In this document: positions 1 to 9,189 of the stretch, piece by piece
Numbering within the stretch: the stretch's first letter is position 1
Layout: each line of letters begins with the position of its first letter
Translations under genes and position numbers: made by a program
From: an uncultured Gammaproteobacteria bacterium
Lineage (GTDB): Bacteria > Patescibacteriota > Microgenomatia > Levybacterales > GWA1-39-11
NCBI GenBank assembly: GCA_964450885.1
Contig: CAYVFE010000001.1
Coordinates: 1,278-65,277, forward strand
DNA: 64,000 nt
Direction of reading: 5' to 3'
Notes under the pieces: generated by a model
What the model was told of the DNA's origin: nothing
The model's input: the letters and a program-made list of their open reading frames with translations, nothing else
Databases searched by the model: none

Positions 1-1
1 C

Positions 2-29
2 TTGACATCGAATTTATCTTTGCTATACT
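2..29 (+). promoter_or_regulatory. sigma70 promoter (TTGACA-16-TATACT, extended TG)
   Basis: TTGACA 2-7; TG 21-22; TATACT 24-29 upstream of CAP gene. Confidence 0.7.
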
Positions 30-76
30 CGTGTCTTATCGCTAAGGCCCAAGAGGTATCTTGGGCCCAAACGACT

Positions 77-835
77 ATGATTAAGGCAGGAAAAGCACTG
101 CTACTTGCAGCATCATTGCTGCTGGTAGCTGCAACTACATCACATGCCCAAAACCTAGATAAGATAGGTTTGGTCACGGCTGAAGAATCTACAAATCTCT
201 GTACATCTCCTCTGAAGCCTTATGTTCTCACATACGCAAAAAACTGTCCTATTTCTGAGCTCAGACAAGTTCAATATCTGGGAAATGTAAAAAGTACTAA
301 ACCTGAGGAATTTTCTGTAACGCACAGTATTATTGCTGCAAGCTACACTCCCTCACCAAAAAAGGCAACACCTACACCTAGTCCGTCAGTGATAGTTTCT
401 GAGGTAACCATCTCGGAGCCTACACCTACCGTAATAGTAGCCGAGCAGAATGTTACTCACGTAGGAAATAACCCTGACACAGTTATGGAACTGGTTAACG
501 CCCATAGAGCATCTATCGGAAAGGCTGCTTTCATAAAAGATGACGCGCTATGTAGTCTTGCCCAAACCCGCTCAAATGAGCTTGCCTACGAGGGCAATAA
601 CGGCACCCTTCACTCAGGACTTTACAATAGAAACTTTAACTATTGGATTACGGAAAATGCGAAGATCGGAGGAAATGAAGCTGAGACAGTCAACTGGTGG
701 TTAAATAGCTCGATCCACAGAAGCCAAATCCAAAGCGACTATACGAACGCTTGTGTAGGGTGCACCGGGAAAAACTGTGCGCTGGTGTTCACCAGCTACA
801 ATCCGAAAGGACGAGTCGCGACTGTGTCTGAATAA
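77..835 (+). CDS. Secreted CAP/SCP-domain protein with P/T/S-rich linker
   Basis: Signal peptide after ATG77 (MIKAGKALLL..SHA); LVNAHRAS, ENA, WWLNSSIHR CAP motifs. Confidence 0.75.
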   Translation: MIKAGKALLLAASLLLVAATTSHAQNLDKIGLVTAEESTNLCTSPLKPYVLTYAKNCPISELRQVQYLGNVKSTKPEEFSVTHSIIAASYTPSPKKATPTPSPSVIVSEVTISEPTPTVIVAEQNVTHVGNNPDTVMELVNAHRASIGKAAFIKDDALCSLAQTRSNELAYEGNNGTLHSGLYNRNFNYWITENAKIGGNEAETVNWWLNSSIHRSQIQSDYTNACVGCTGKNCALVFTSYNPKGRVATVSE

Positions 836-844
836 CTTCTTGAT

Positions 845-1786
845 TTATTTCTGATCCTCTAGCCAGCGCTCTGCAGATAGCGCCGCTTCACACCCATATC
901 CTGCTGCGGTAACTGCCTGCATATAGTGAAAATCGTGCACATCTCCTGCCACAAATACGCCTTCTATATTCGTCTTACTTCCTTCAAGCCTTTTTATAAA
1001 TCCCTTTTCATCGCGCTCTATATCGGGAAATACACTTGAATTCGGGATATGACCTATGGCAACAAATACACCATCTATAGGCATTTCTGAAGTTTTATTT
1101 GTCTTGCTATTTTTTAGTTTTACGCCTGTTACTTTTCCATCCCCTACTATCTCGTAAAGCTCCGTGTTGTAAATAAACTTTATTTTAGGATTCTCTTTTG
1201 CTCTCTTTTGCATGATCTCAGAGGCACGCAGCGCCTCTCCGCGATATACAACAGTTATCTCTGATGCAAACTTTGAGAGCACATTTGCCTCCTCCATAGC
1301 GCTGTCTCCGCCACCGACAACGATGACATTTTTGTTTCTGTAAAATGCCGCGTCGCATGGTGCGCAAGAGCTAACTCCCCGTCCGATATGCTCCTGTTCT
1401 CCTGGAATCTGCAACCACTTTGTGTCAGCACCCGTTGCGATAATTACAGCTTTTGAGTAAAAAACTTCGCCGCCCTCAGCGGTCAATTTAAAAGGCTTCT
1501 GTGAAAAATCGCTTTGTGAAAAATTGGCATCAACTATCTTTGTTCCGTACTTTTCCGCTTGTTTGCGCATGTTGCCCATAAGCTCCGGTCCCATTATCCC
1601 GTCAGGAAATCCTGGAAAATTCTCGACTTCTGTCGTCAGCATAAGCTGCCCTCCCCACTTGAGACCTGCAAGAAGCACGGTCTTAAGATCCGCACGGGAG
1701 TTATAGATACCGGCTGTTAGTCCTGCTGGGCCACTGCCTATGATCGCTACATCGTATATTTCGTTTTTTGTATCTGTGTTTTTCAT
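845..1786 (-). CDS. trxB: Thioredoxin-disulfide reductase
   Basis: GSGPAG, VENFPGF, CAPCD, GGGDSAMEEA; start set at MKNTD. Confidence 0.95.
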   Translation of the reverse strand: MKNTDTKNEIYDVAIIGSGPAGLTAGIYNSRADLKTVLLAGLKWGGQLMLTTEVENFPGFPDGIMGPELMGNMRKQAEKYGTKIVDANFSQSDFSQKPFKLTAEGGEVFYSKAVIIATGADTKWLQIPGEQEHIGRGVSSCAPCDAAFYRNKNVIVVGGGDSAMEEANVLSKFASEITVVYRGEALRASEIMQKRAKENPKIKFIYNTELYEIVGDGKVTGVKLKNSKTNKTSEMPIDGVFVAIGHIPNSSVFPDIERDEKGFIKRLEGSKTNIEGVFVAGDVHDFHYMQAVTAAGYGCEAALSAERWLEDQK

Positions 1787-1794
1787 TTTAAGAC

Positions 1795-1816
1795 AAAAAA
1801 TGCGCCTGTTAAGCGC
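1795..1816 (-). terminator. Putative intrinsic terminator between trxA and trxB
   Basis: GCGCTT-AAC-AGGCGC followed by ATTTTTT on - strand. Confidence 0.45.
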
Positions 1817-1840
1817 TTTTATAATGTTACTAGACAAATT

Positions 1841-2161
1841 TTAGCTGAGAAGTTCATCGGCAGCTTTTTTCAACTGATCTTTGCTCTGCACTCCCACCAT
1901 GGTCTTTTCCGGATTACCATTTTTGAAAAAGATCAAAGTCGGAATAGATAGGATATTGAATTTTCCTGGAGTCTCGGTATTTTCGTCTACGTCCATCTTC
2001 ACTACCTTTACTTTATCCTTATATTCTTCGCCAAATTCCTCGACAATCGGGCCTACTATCTTGCATGGTTGGCACCACTCTGCCCAGAAATCGACTAACG
2101 TGACTTTGTCTGACTGGAGAACTTCTTGATCAAATGTTTGGTCTGTGATATTTGCTGCCAT
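1841..2161 (-). CDS. trxA: Thioredoxin
   Basis: DFWAEWCQPC, SIPTL, 106 aa; TTGACA-18-TATACT upstream (2174-2203). Confidence 0.95.
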   Translation of the reverse strand: MAANITDQTFDQEVLQSDKVTLVDFWAEWCQPCKIVGPIVEEFGEEYKDKVKVVKMDVDENTETPGKFNILSIPTLIFFKNGNPEKTMVGVQSKDQLKKAADELLS

Positions 2162-2267
2162 AAACGTTAGAACAGTATAGTAAGTCTCTCACTATGTTGT
2201 CAAGAAGACTTTGAGAAAAGTAATGTATTGGCATAAGATTATGCCAATACATCATCAAACAACAATT

Positions 2268-2708
2268 TTACTTGTAATAAGATCTTATCTGATAAAGGAT
2301 ATAAAAACCTAAAAGGGTCATTATTATTCCTCCTACAGAAAAAAGTATGATATTAGATACAAGCATCACTACTTCACTATAATAAAAAAGCTTCCAGCCC
2401 TGAGCCTTTTTCTCTTTCGTGCCCTTAAATGCCATAAGAAGCAGTACTGAAGAAACTAAAGCAAGGACCACTGAAAGCATTCCCCGTCCTACGACGTCTG
2501 CTCCACCCCAATACATACCAGGTGCGAAGTAGCTGAACAATCCGAAGCTTGATATAGCACTCAAAACTCCAAGTATTCCAAATATAAGCGCTATCCATGG
2601 AAGGACCATAACAAAAAACTCTCTCCCTCCGCGTGGTAGTTCTGGAAGTTTTTTGAAATAATCTCCGACACTATCTATATATCCGTCAATCGTATTTTTT
2701 GCAGCCAT
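2268..2708 (-). CDS. Hypothetical integral membrane protein
   Basis: 4 hydrophobic segments; strong SD GAGAGGAGGTGA. Confidence 0.75.
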   Translation of the reverse strand: MAAKNTIDGYIDSVGDYFKKLPELPRGGREFFVMVLPWIALIFGILGVLSAISSFGLFSYFAPGMYWGGADVVGRGMLSVVLALVSSVLLLMAFKGTKEKKAQGWKLFYYSEVVMLVSNIILFSVGGIIMTLLGFYILYQIRSYYK

Positions 2709-2786
2709 CTATTCTCACCTCCTCTCCTATTTATCATAGCACAGTGGAATTTAGAGAATACAACCCTTGCAGTGTATAATGTCCTT

Positions 2787-3524
2787 ATGTCGAAACCCCT
2801 GTTTTCTGTCATAATTCCAGCTCTAAATGAAGAAAAATACATAACGCGCATCCTCAACGATCTGACCAAACAAACCCTAAAGGACTTCGAGGTTATAGTT
2901 GCGGATTCCAACTCCACAGATAAAACCGTCGAAAAAGCAAATAACTTCAAAAAAAACTATCCACTCAAGATAGTAAATACAGACAAAAGCAACCTTTCGC
3001 ATCAAAGAAATATTGGAGCAAAAAGTGCCTCCGGAGGTATCTTTTTCTTCATTGACGCCGACAATAGCATCCCAGGTGATTTTTTGGAAAAAACCGATAA
3101 ATACCTCCGTGATAAAAATCTGGACGCGGCAATTCCGCGAGTTACGCCAGGAGATGATACTCTCATAAACCGGCTGTCATACAATTTGACGCTTATTATG
3201 CTATTTGTACTTTTGCATACGCCCCGCGCTTACTCTACCGGTGGAAACCTCGTCATAAAAAACAACACCTTCAAAAAAACGAAAGGGTTTGACGAAAAAG
3301 TATTTGTAGGAGAAGACCACGACATGGTAAGACAGCTCAAAGAAATAGGCGCAAATGTCAGGATAATGACTGCAACTTATGTCGTTTTCTCGATGAGACG
3401 GTTTGACCAGGAAGGTTTCTCTACTTATCTCAAATACGCTTATGCCTTTGTCTATCAACTACTCTTTCGCAAAGTAGACAAACATATATATAATTACGAG
3501 ATGGGCGGAGACAACTATAAATAA
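2787..3524 (+). CDS. Glycosyltransferase family 2
   Basis: SVIIPALNEE, DADN (DxD), GEDHD; ATG 6 nt after TATAAT. Confidence 0.9.
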   Translation: MSKPLFSVIIPALNEEKYITRILNDLTKQTLKDFEVIVADSNSTDKTVEKANNFKKNYPLKIVNTDKSNLSHQRNIGAKSASGGIFFFIDADNSIPGDFLEKTDKYLRDKNLDAAIPRVTPGDDTLINRLSYNLTLIMLFVLLHTPRAYSTGGNLVIKNNTFKKTKGFDEKVFVGEDHDMVRQLKEIGANVRIMTATYVVFSMRRFDQEGFSTYLKYAYAFVYQLLFRKVDKHIYNYEMGGDNYK

Positions 3525-3525
3525 T

Positions 3526-3762
3526 ATGAAATATCTAAGACCACTACTTTCCACTTTTCTTTTTTTTGCAGTACTCCATGTGATCGTTCTTGTGTTCATG
3601 ATTCTACTTACGGGCGACATATCGTACTTGAATGTGTTTCATATCGTAGGACTTACATACTTTTTCCCGGATATCGACAAAGGAAACTTTAGCCAAATTC
3701 TATCGACACTTATAATTATCATCGTATATCTATTTTTCTATTTCAAAAGACCAAAAAAATAG
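3526..3762 (+). CDS. Small membrane protein
   Basis: Hydrophobic 78 aa, 1-nt gap from upstream GT2. Confidence 0.65.
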   Translation: MKYLRPLLSTFLFFAVLHVIVLVFMILLTGDISYLNVFHIVGLTYFFPDIDKGNFSQILSTLIIIIVYLFFYFKRPKK

Positions 3763-3799
3763 CTTAAGAAAATATTTTTTGATAGAATGCAATTTTGGT

Positions 3800-4939
3800 A
3801 TGCAATACGACATCATCATAGTAGGAGCTGGCATCTCGGGCGCAGTCATCGCAGAGCGTTATGCTACAAAGCTAGATAAAAAAGTCCTGATACTTGAAAA
3901 AAGAGATCATATCGGAGGCAACTGCTACGACTTTTACGATGACGCCGGAATTCTCGTCAGCAAATACGGCGCCCACCTCTTCCACACGAATTATGAGAAT
4001 GTCTGGGAATATGTACAAAAATTCTCCGAGTTCACAAAATACGAGCACAAAGTTCTTGCAAAAGTCGATGGGAAATTAGTCCCTGTACCTGTCAACATCA
4101 CGACAGTCAATATGCTACTTGGAGAAAATATAAAAGATGAAAAAGAGATGGACGAATGGCTCAGTAAAAATCAGGTCAAAAATGATAACCCCAAAAATGG
4201 AAAAGAGGCAGCTCTCGCCCGTGTCGGAGAAACTCTTTATGAGAAGATTTTTAGAAACTACACGAAAAAACAATGGGATAAGTATCCAGAGCAGCTTGAT
4301 GCATCGGTTCTCAATAGAATTCCTGTCAGAAATAATTTTGATCCGAGATATTTTTCCGACAAACATCAGGGACAGCCAAAAGAAGGATACACGAAGCTTT
4401 TCGAGAAAATGCTCGCACACCCTAATATCACGGTAAAGCTCAATACTGACTTTTTTGACGTCAAAGATGAAATCAAAGACTACGAAAAGCTTTTCTATAC
4501 TGGACCAATCGACCAATTCTTCGACTTCAAACATAGCAATGAGGAAAAACTGGAATACAGGTCGATAAAATTCGTATTCGAAAGCTATGACAAAGAATTT
4601 TTCCAGGAGAACTCTGTCATCAACTACCCTAATGAAAATGAATTCACCCGAATAGTTGAATACAAATACTTTACAGGTCAAAAACATCCAAAAACGACTA
4701 TCTCAAAGGAATTCACAGTAGACTACAAACCAGGAGTAAATGAGCCCTACTATCCCGTACCAAATCCGAAAAATGGGAAGATCTTTGAAAAATATCAGAC
4801 GGATGCAAAAAACCTTGAAAAAAATGGCGTATATTTCGTGGGGAGGCTTGCCAACTACAAATACTTCAATATGGATGAAGCTTTCAAAAATTCGTTAGAA
4901 CTTTTCTATAACATAAACCCAACAGTCGATAAAAGCTGA
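3800..4939 (+). CDS. glf: UDP-galactopyranose mutase
   Basis: GAGISG, HIGGNCYD, YGAHLFHT, EPYYPV, GRLANYKYFNMD. Confidence 0.95.
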   Translation: MQYDIIIVGAGISGAVIAERYATKLDKKVLILEKRDHIGGNCYDFYDDAGILVSKYGAHLFHTNYENVWEYVQKFSEFTKYEHKVLAKVDGKLVPVPVNITTVNMLLGENIKDEKEMDEWLSKNQVKNDNPKNGKEAALARVGETLYEKIFRNYTKKQWDKYPEQLDASVLNRIPVRNNFDPRYFSDKHQGQPKEGYTKLFEKMLAHPNITVKLNTDFFDVKDEIKDYEKLFYTGPIDQFFDFKHSNEEKLEYRSIKFVFESYDKEFFQENSVINYPNENEFTRIVEYKYFTGQKHPKTTISKEFTVDYKPGVNEPYYPVPNPKNGKIFEKYQTDAKNLEKNGVYFVGRLANYKYFNMDEAFKNSLELFYNINPTVDKS

Positions 4940-4966
4940 CTGTTATAATATAATTTAACTTATCGC

Positions 4967-5689
4967 ATGGGAAAATTCGATGCATCAATCGTCATACCCG
5001 CCTACAATGAAGAAGACTTTATAGGAGCATGTCTTCAATCTCTTACATGGCAAAAAACTAAAACAAAATTTGAGGTAATCCTTATAGACAACAATTCCAC
5101 GGATGGGACGAACAAGATCGCCAAATCGTTCAAGGATAAATTGAATATACGCGTGATCGTCGAAAAACAACAAGGAAGAGGCGTAGCGCGCTGGCGCGGA
5201 TTTGAGGAGGCGACCGGAAAGATAATCTTCTCCACAGACGCTGATACAATTCTTCCAGAGGACTGGATCGAACGCTTTATGAAGTACTTCAAAAACAAAG
5301 AAATCGTTGCTGTAACAAGTCTTTGCAACATCGATGAGCCATCCAGAGTCGATAAAACCATATTTAAGTTCTTTGTGCTTCTTGCAAATGAGGGCCACAG
5401 GATAGCGCTCGGACACTATTGGCTCTCTGGATTCTCATACGCAATAAGGCGTGATACATACATAAAAGCAGGAGGTATAAATAAGGAACTCGATGCGCTT
5501 GACGATATAGATCTGGGGCGCAGGGTCAGAAAGCTCGGGAAGATAAAACTGGTCCGCAATCTACCAGTACTCTCCTCCAGCAGAAGATTCAAAGACGGCG
5601 TAACGCGGGGTCTTGCGGGATACGTAAAACCTTTCATAAAGGTAGCGATTCTAAAGAACAAAAACTTCAGGATGAGTAATTTGAGGTAG
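4967..5689 (+). CDS. Glycosyltransferase family 2
   Basis: SIVIPAYNEE, DNNSTD, TDADT. Confidence 0.9.
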   Translation: MGKFDASIVIPAYNEEDFIGACLQSLTWQKTKTKFEVILIDNNSTDGTNKIAKSFKDKLNIRVIVEKQQGRGVARWRGFEEATGKIIFSTDADTILPEDWIERFMKYFKNKEIVAVTSLCNIDEPSRVDKTIFKFFVLLANEGHRIALGHYWLSGFSYAIRRDTYIKAGGINKELDALDDIDLGRRVRKLGKIKLVRNLPVLSSSRRFKDGVTRGLAGYVKPFIKVAILKNKNFRMSNLR

Positions 5690-6412
5690 CTATCTCACGA
5701 CAGTCTGCTTCCCAAATGTATAGGACTTTCTAAGTACGAATATCGACAAGAAATTTATTATCCCTATCGCTACGTATGGAAGAAGCTGCCCCATATTATC
5801 CTGCTTGCGGGGCGAAGCCTTCACCTTTAGCTTGTTCGTATACAGCGCGCTTCTTAGGCCAAATTCCTTTTGGATACGCATCACAAATTCCCAGTCGTCG
5901 CTGGTTCTAAGATTTGTGTTAAATCCTCCGATTTTCGCAAAGGCACTACGTCTTACGGCCATATTCGTACCCCAGATAAAAGGAACACCTACCACCTGAA
6001 AACCTCTTGCAAAATAGTCGAAAAACTTTAGGACGCCGATGGAAAATTTGTTGTTCCCTGTGGCAAGAACCGTGCCACCTACACACATGAGCTTTTTATC
6101 CTCAAAAAGTCTTAGGATATTTTCTAGCCAATCCTTTGAAACTATAGCATCGGCATCGGTTATGACGATAATCTCCCCTTTTGCCCTTTTTGCTCCAAAT
6201 TGCTTCGCCCAGATAGCACTTTTTTTGTCCTTGTACATGACAGGCGTTACGCCCAAATTCTTTGCGATCCTTGAGGTATTGTCTGTGGAATTATTGTCTA
6301 CAAAGATAATTTCGTACTCTTTGTGGTCGATCGTCTGATTGAGGATGGATCTGAGGCAATTTCCTATAAGTTTTTCTTCATTATAGGCAGGAACTACAAC
6401 AGATAACTTCAT
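5690..6412 (-). CDS. Glycosyltransferase family 2
   Basis: SVVVPAYNEE, DNNSTD, TDADA, GGFN. Confidence 0.9.
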   Translation of the reverse strand: MKLSVVVPAYNEEKLIGNCLRSILNQTIDHKEYEIIFVDNNSTDNTSRIAKNLGVTPVMYKDKKSAIWAKQFGAKRAKGEIIVITDADAIVSKDWLENILRLFEDKKLMCVGGTVLATGNNKFSIGVLKFFDYFARGFQVVGVPFIWGTNMAVRRSAFAKIGGFNTNLRTSDDWEFVMRIQKEFGLRSALYTNKLKVKASPRKQDNMGQLLPYVAIGIINFLSIFVLRKSYTFGKQTVVR

Positions 6413-6437
6413 AGATTTATTATACCTATAAATATGT

Positions 6438-7823
6438 CTAGAATTCCAAACCCATTTGGGACTTTTCTACTTTTGCTTCCGCTTTTTTCGTTTCTTTATC
6501 CCAGATCTCGACTATTCCATAAGTATTGTCATACCCGGGAACGATGTGGATGTTGCGTGACCTTACTTTTTGGACCGCCTCGGCGACCCGCTCACCTCCG
6601 ATAGATGCTATTTCCGAGAGGTCTTTTCTGAGCAAAATCTCGTGTTCTGTGCCTAGGTCGGTCAAAAGCTTATCATACATGCTCTCGACAGTCTGAGTGC
6701 CCGTCCCTTTTCCAAGCGCCTCAGACAAAACCTCAAGAAGCGGCACGAGATTCACGAAATGTGGCCTCTTAAGATTTTTATCCTTCATCCAGATGACACC
6801 GCTTTTGTCTTTTTCCTCGACGTAATTTTTATCGGGAGTGTTCGCAAGCTCTTCTACCCTGTGCATCACTCCAACCGTTAACCCCTGACCGCATACAGGG
6901 CATATTTCACCGTTCTTTTTTGTCTCTGTTGGAGTTTGGACTATGTTGCAATTTCTATGGCCTGTATAATGATATTTACCCTCCTCTGGATAAAACTCTA
7001 TCGTGTAGTCTATTTTAAATATCCTCTCACGACCTCTGACCATGCTATTCATGATGTTGTCATAGGTGATATTCTTTTCGGCTATATCGTTTCCATCTAT
7101 GGTCGTAAGTATAGTCGCCTCGCGTCCCATCTTCTGCATGGAGTGTGCGTCGGAAAAACTGACTACCGACCGGTCCGCCAGCTCATTTACCCTCCAGTTC
7201 ATAGTAGGATCGGATGAGAGTCCGGTTTCTACTGCAAAGATTCTTTTTGCGTATTTTCCGAAACAATCCTCTATCCTGTCGTAACCGGATTTACTGCCAT
7301 AAAGCGAGAACCAAGGGGTCCAGATGTGACACGGAATAAGCGCTATCTTGTTATCTATAGACAACAATAACTCCATAAGATTTTGTGATGAGATTCCTAA
7401 AATCGGCCTACCGTCAGAGCTCAAATTAAACCCTCTCGCCAAAAATGCCTTATTTATCTTATCGACTACCTCAAAGCTCGGAGCAAGGATAAGATTATGA
7501 ATTCGTCTCACTTGCCCGCCCTCGGAATATATACTAGAGACTTCTGTCGACAACATAAAATATGTAGTCAGATCTTCCTTTTGAGTTGAATATGGTAGAT
7601 CTGGTATAAGCTCCTTTTCGTTCTTTAGCTTATAAATACCGCTGTTTACCTCAACAAGCTGAGCTTTTGCTTCACGTAGCCATATAGGATGTGTAAAATC
7701 ACTTACCGAAAGTAAATTTAACCCCTTCTTTCTTCCCCAAAAGAACATATTCGGAAGTGTCATCTTCTGTGAAACGGCCCGTGAAAAACGAGAATGTAGA
7801 TGCAGATCTATAACTAGCTCCAT
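6438..7823 (-). CDS. Endonuclease Q family PHP-domain protein
   Basis: DLHLHSRFSRA, HIWTPWFS, ETGLSSD, SDAHS, GKYHYTGHRNC..CPVCG, GYDNTYG. Confidence 0.85.
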   Translation of the reverse strand: MELVIDLHLHSRFSRAVSQKMTLPNMFFWGRKKGLNLLSVSDFTHPIWLREAKAQLVEVNSGIYKLKNEKELIPDLPYSTQKEDLTTYFMLSTEVSSIYSEGGQVRRIHNLILAPSFEVVDKINKAFLARGFNLSSDGRPILGISSQNLMELLLSIDNKIALIPCHIWTPWFSLYGSKSGYDRIEDCFGKYAKRIFAVETGLSSDPTMNWRVNELADRSVVSFSDAHSMQKMGREATILTTIDGNDIAEKNITYDNIMNSMVRGRERIFKIDYTIEFYPEEGKYHYTGHRNCNIVQTPTETKKNGEICPVCGQGLTVGVMHRVEELANTPDKNYVEEKDKSGVIWMKDKNLKRPHFVNLVPLLEVLSEALGKGTGTQTVESMYDKLLTDLGTEHEILLRKDLSEIASIGGERVAEAVQKVRSRNIHIVPGYDNTYGIVEIWDKETKKAEAKVEKSQMGLEF

Positions 7824-7899
7824 TGCTGCTCTATTGAAACAGAAAAGGATGGATTTTACAACAATGCCTAAAGTCTATCGTGTTATAATCGCCGTTACT

Positions 7900-8655
7900 A
7901 TGGGAATAGAAGTTAATGGTGGTTACTCTGTCGCCCTTCCTCACCTGCATACCGTCGAGAGCGATGGCATGGTCACCTCAAACCAGCTCTTTTCGGATAT
8001 AGCCCAAGCCAAAGAAGAACTTGGAATAAATATCGTAGGCGGATACACCAATCACGACACGATAAAAGGAATGGAGCCCGCAAGACGTGCTGCGGACTAC
8101 TTCGGAATCGAAATGATTCCAGGTCAAGAGATAACAGTCGGAAGATTTCCTCCAAAACATATCCTCGCGTTGTTTCCGGAAGATCCGCAAGGCCCTATAC
8201 GACCAGCAAAAACTGTCGAAGGAACTATAGACAAGATCAAAGAAAACGATGGTCTAGTTATAGCCGCTCACCCTGATGCCTTTCGCGGCATAGCCTCGTT
8301 AACCAGTAGCGAGATGCGAAATCTTGGAAATAGAGATCTCATAGATGGACTCGAGGTTATAAGCGGAACCTACAACAGAGAAGAAAGGCTGCAACCTATC
8401 GCAAAAGAGCTAGGAAAAACAAGGCCCGTAGCTCAAATTGGTAGCTCGGATAGTCACTTTGGCTCAAAAGATCTTTTGACTGCGATAACAATATTCAAAG
8501 GAAAAACAGTTGAAGATTTTTTCGAAGCAGTAAAAAAAGGCGAAACTGTTGCTCTCCCGGGGATTATGCATACCGTGAGGACTCGTGACAGGGTCGTCCA
8601 AAACCTCTATTCAAATATTGTTTTGAATGTGAGACGACTTATGAAAAGCCTCTAA
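7900..8655 (+). CDS. PHP-domain phosphoesterase
   Basis: HLHTVESDG, TNHD, GQEI, AAHP, GSSDSH; start uncertain. Confidence 0.8.
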   Translation: MGIEVNGGYSVALPHLHTVESDGMVTSNQLFSDIAQAKEELGINIVGGYTNHDTIKGMEPARRAADYFGIEMIPGQEITVGRFPPKHILALFPEDPQGPIRPAKTVEGTIDKIKENDGLVIAAHPDAFRGIASLTSSEMRNLGNRDLIDGLEVISGTYNREERLQPIAKELGKTRPVAQIGSSDSHFGSKDLLTAITIFKGKTVEDFFEAVKKGETVALPGIMHTVRTRDRVVQNLYSNIVLNVRRLMKSL

Positions 8656-8658
8656 TGT

Positions 8659-9156
8659 CTACCTTTCAAGCTCGATGAAGGTAAAATTGTGCCCGTTATC
8701 ACTATCTCCACGCGATGAGATAATCTTCGTAAACTCTTTATCGTATTCTGGAAAAAAAGCGTCCGCGTCCTTCACGTCTTTATCGACAACTGTCAAATAA
8801 AGTTTGTCCGCAAATGGCAGGAACTGCTCATAGATTTGAGCGCCACCTATGACAAATGTCTCTTCCTCTTCGTACTTTTTTGCCTCTTCAAGCGCTCTTT
8901 CAACGCTATCCACCTTGATTACTCCCTCAGAAGCCGCAAAGCTTGCATCACGGCTTACCACTATATTTACTCTATTTGGCAACGCGCGACCGATAGATTC
9001 GAATGTCTTTCTCCCCATGATGACAGTGTGACCCGAGGTCATTTCCTTAAAATGGGCCATATCTTTAGGAATATCAAATAAAAGCTTATTCTGATATCCA
9101 AGCTCGCGGTTCTTCCCGATAGCCGCGATTAGGGAGAGATGTAATTGTCGGTTCAT
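8659..9156 (-). CDS. folA: Dihydrofolate reductase
   Basis: IMGRKTFESIGRALPNR, VIGGAQIY, DAFFP. Confidence 0.95.
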   Translation of the reverse strand: MNRQLHLSLIAAIGKNRELGYQNKLLFDIPKDMAHFKEMTSGHTVIMGRKTFESIGRALPNRVNIVVSRDASFAASEGVIKVDSVERALEEAKKYEEEETFVIGGAQIYEQFLPFADKLYLTVVDKDVKDADAFFPEYDKEFTKIISSRGDSDNGHNFTFIELER

Positions 9157-9189
9157 AAAATTATTATAACCTCTGAGAGAATATTCGTT

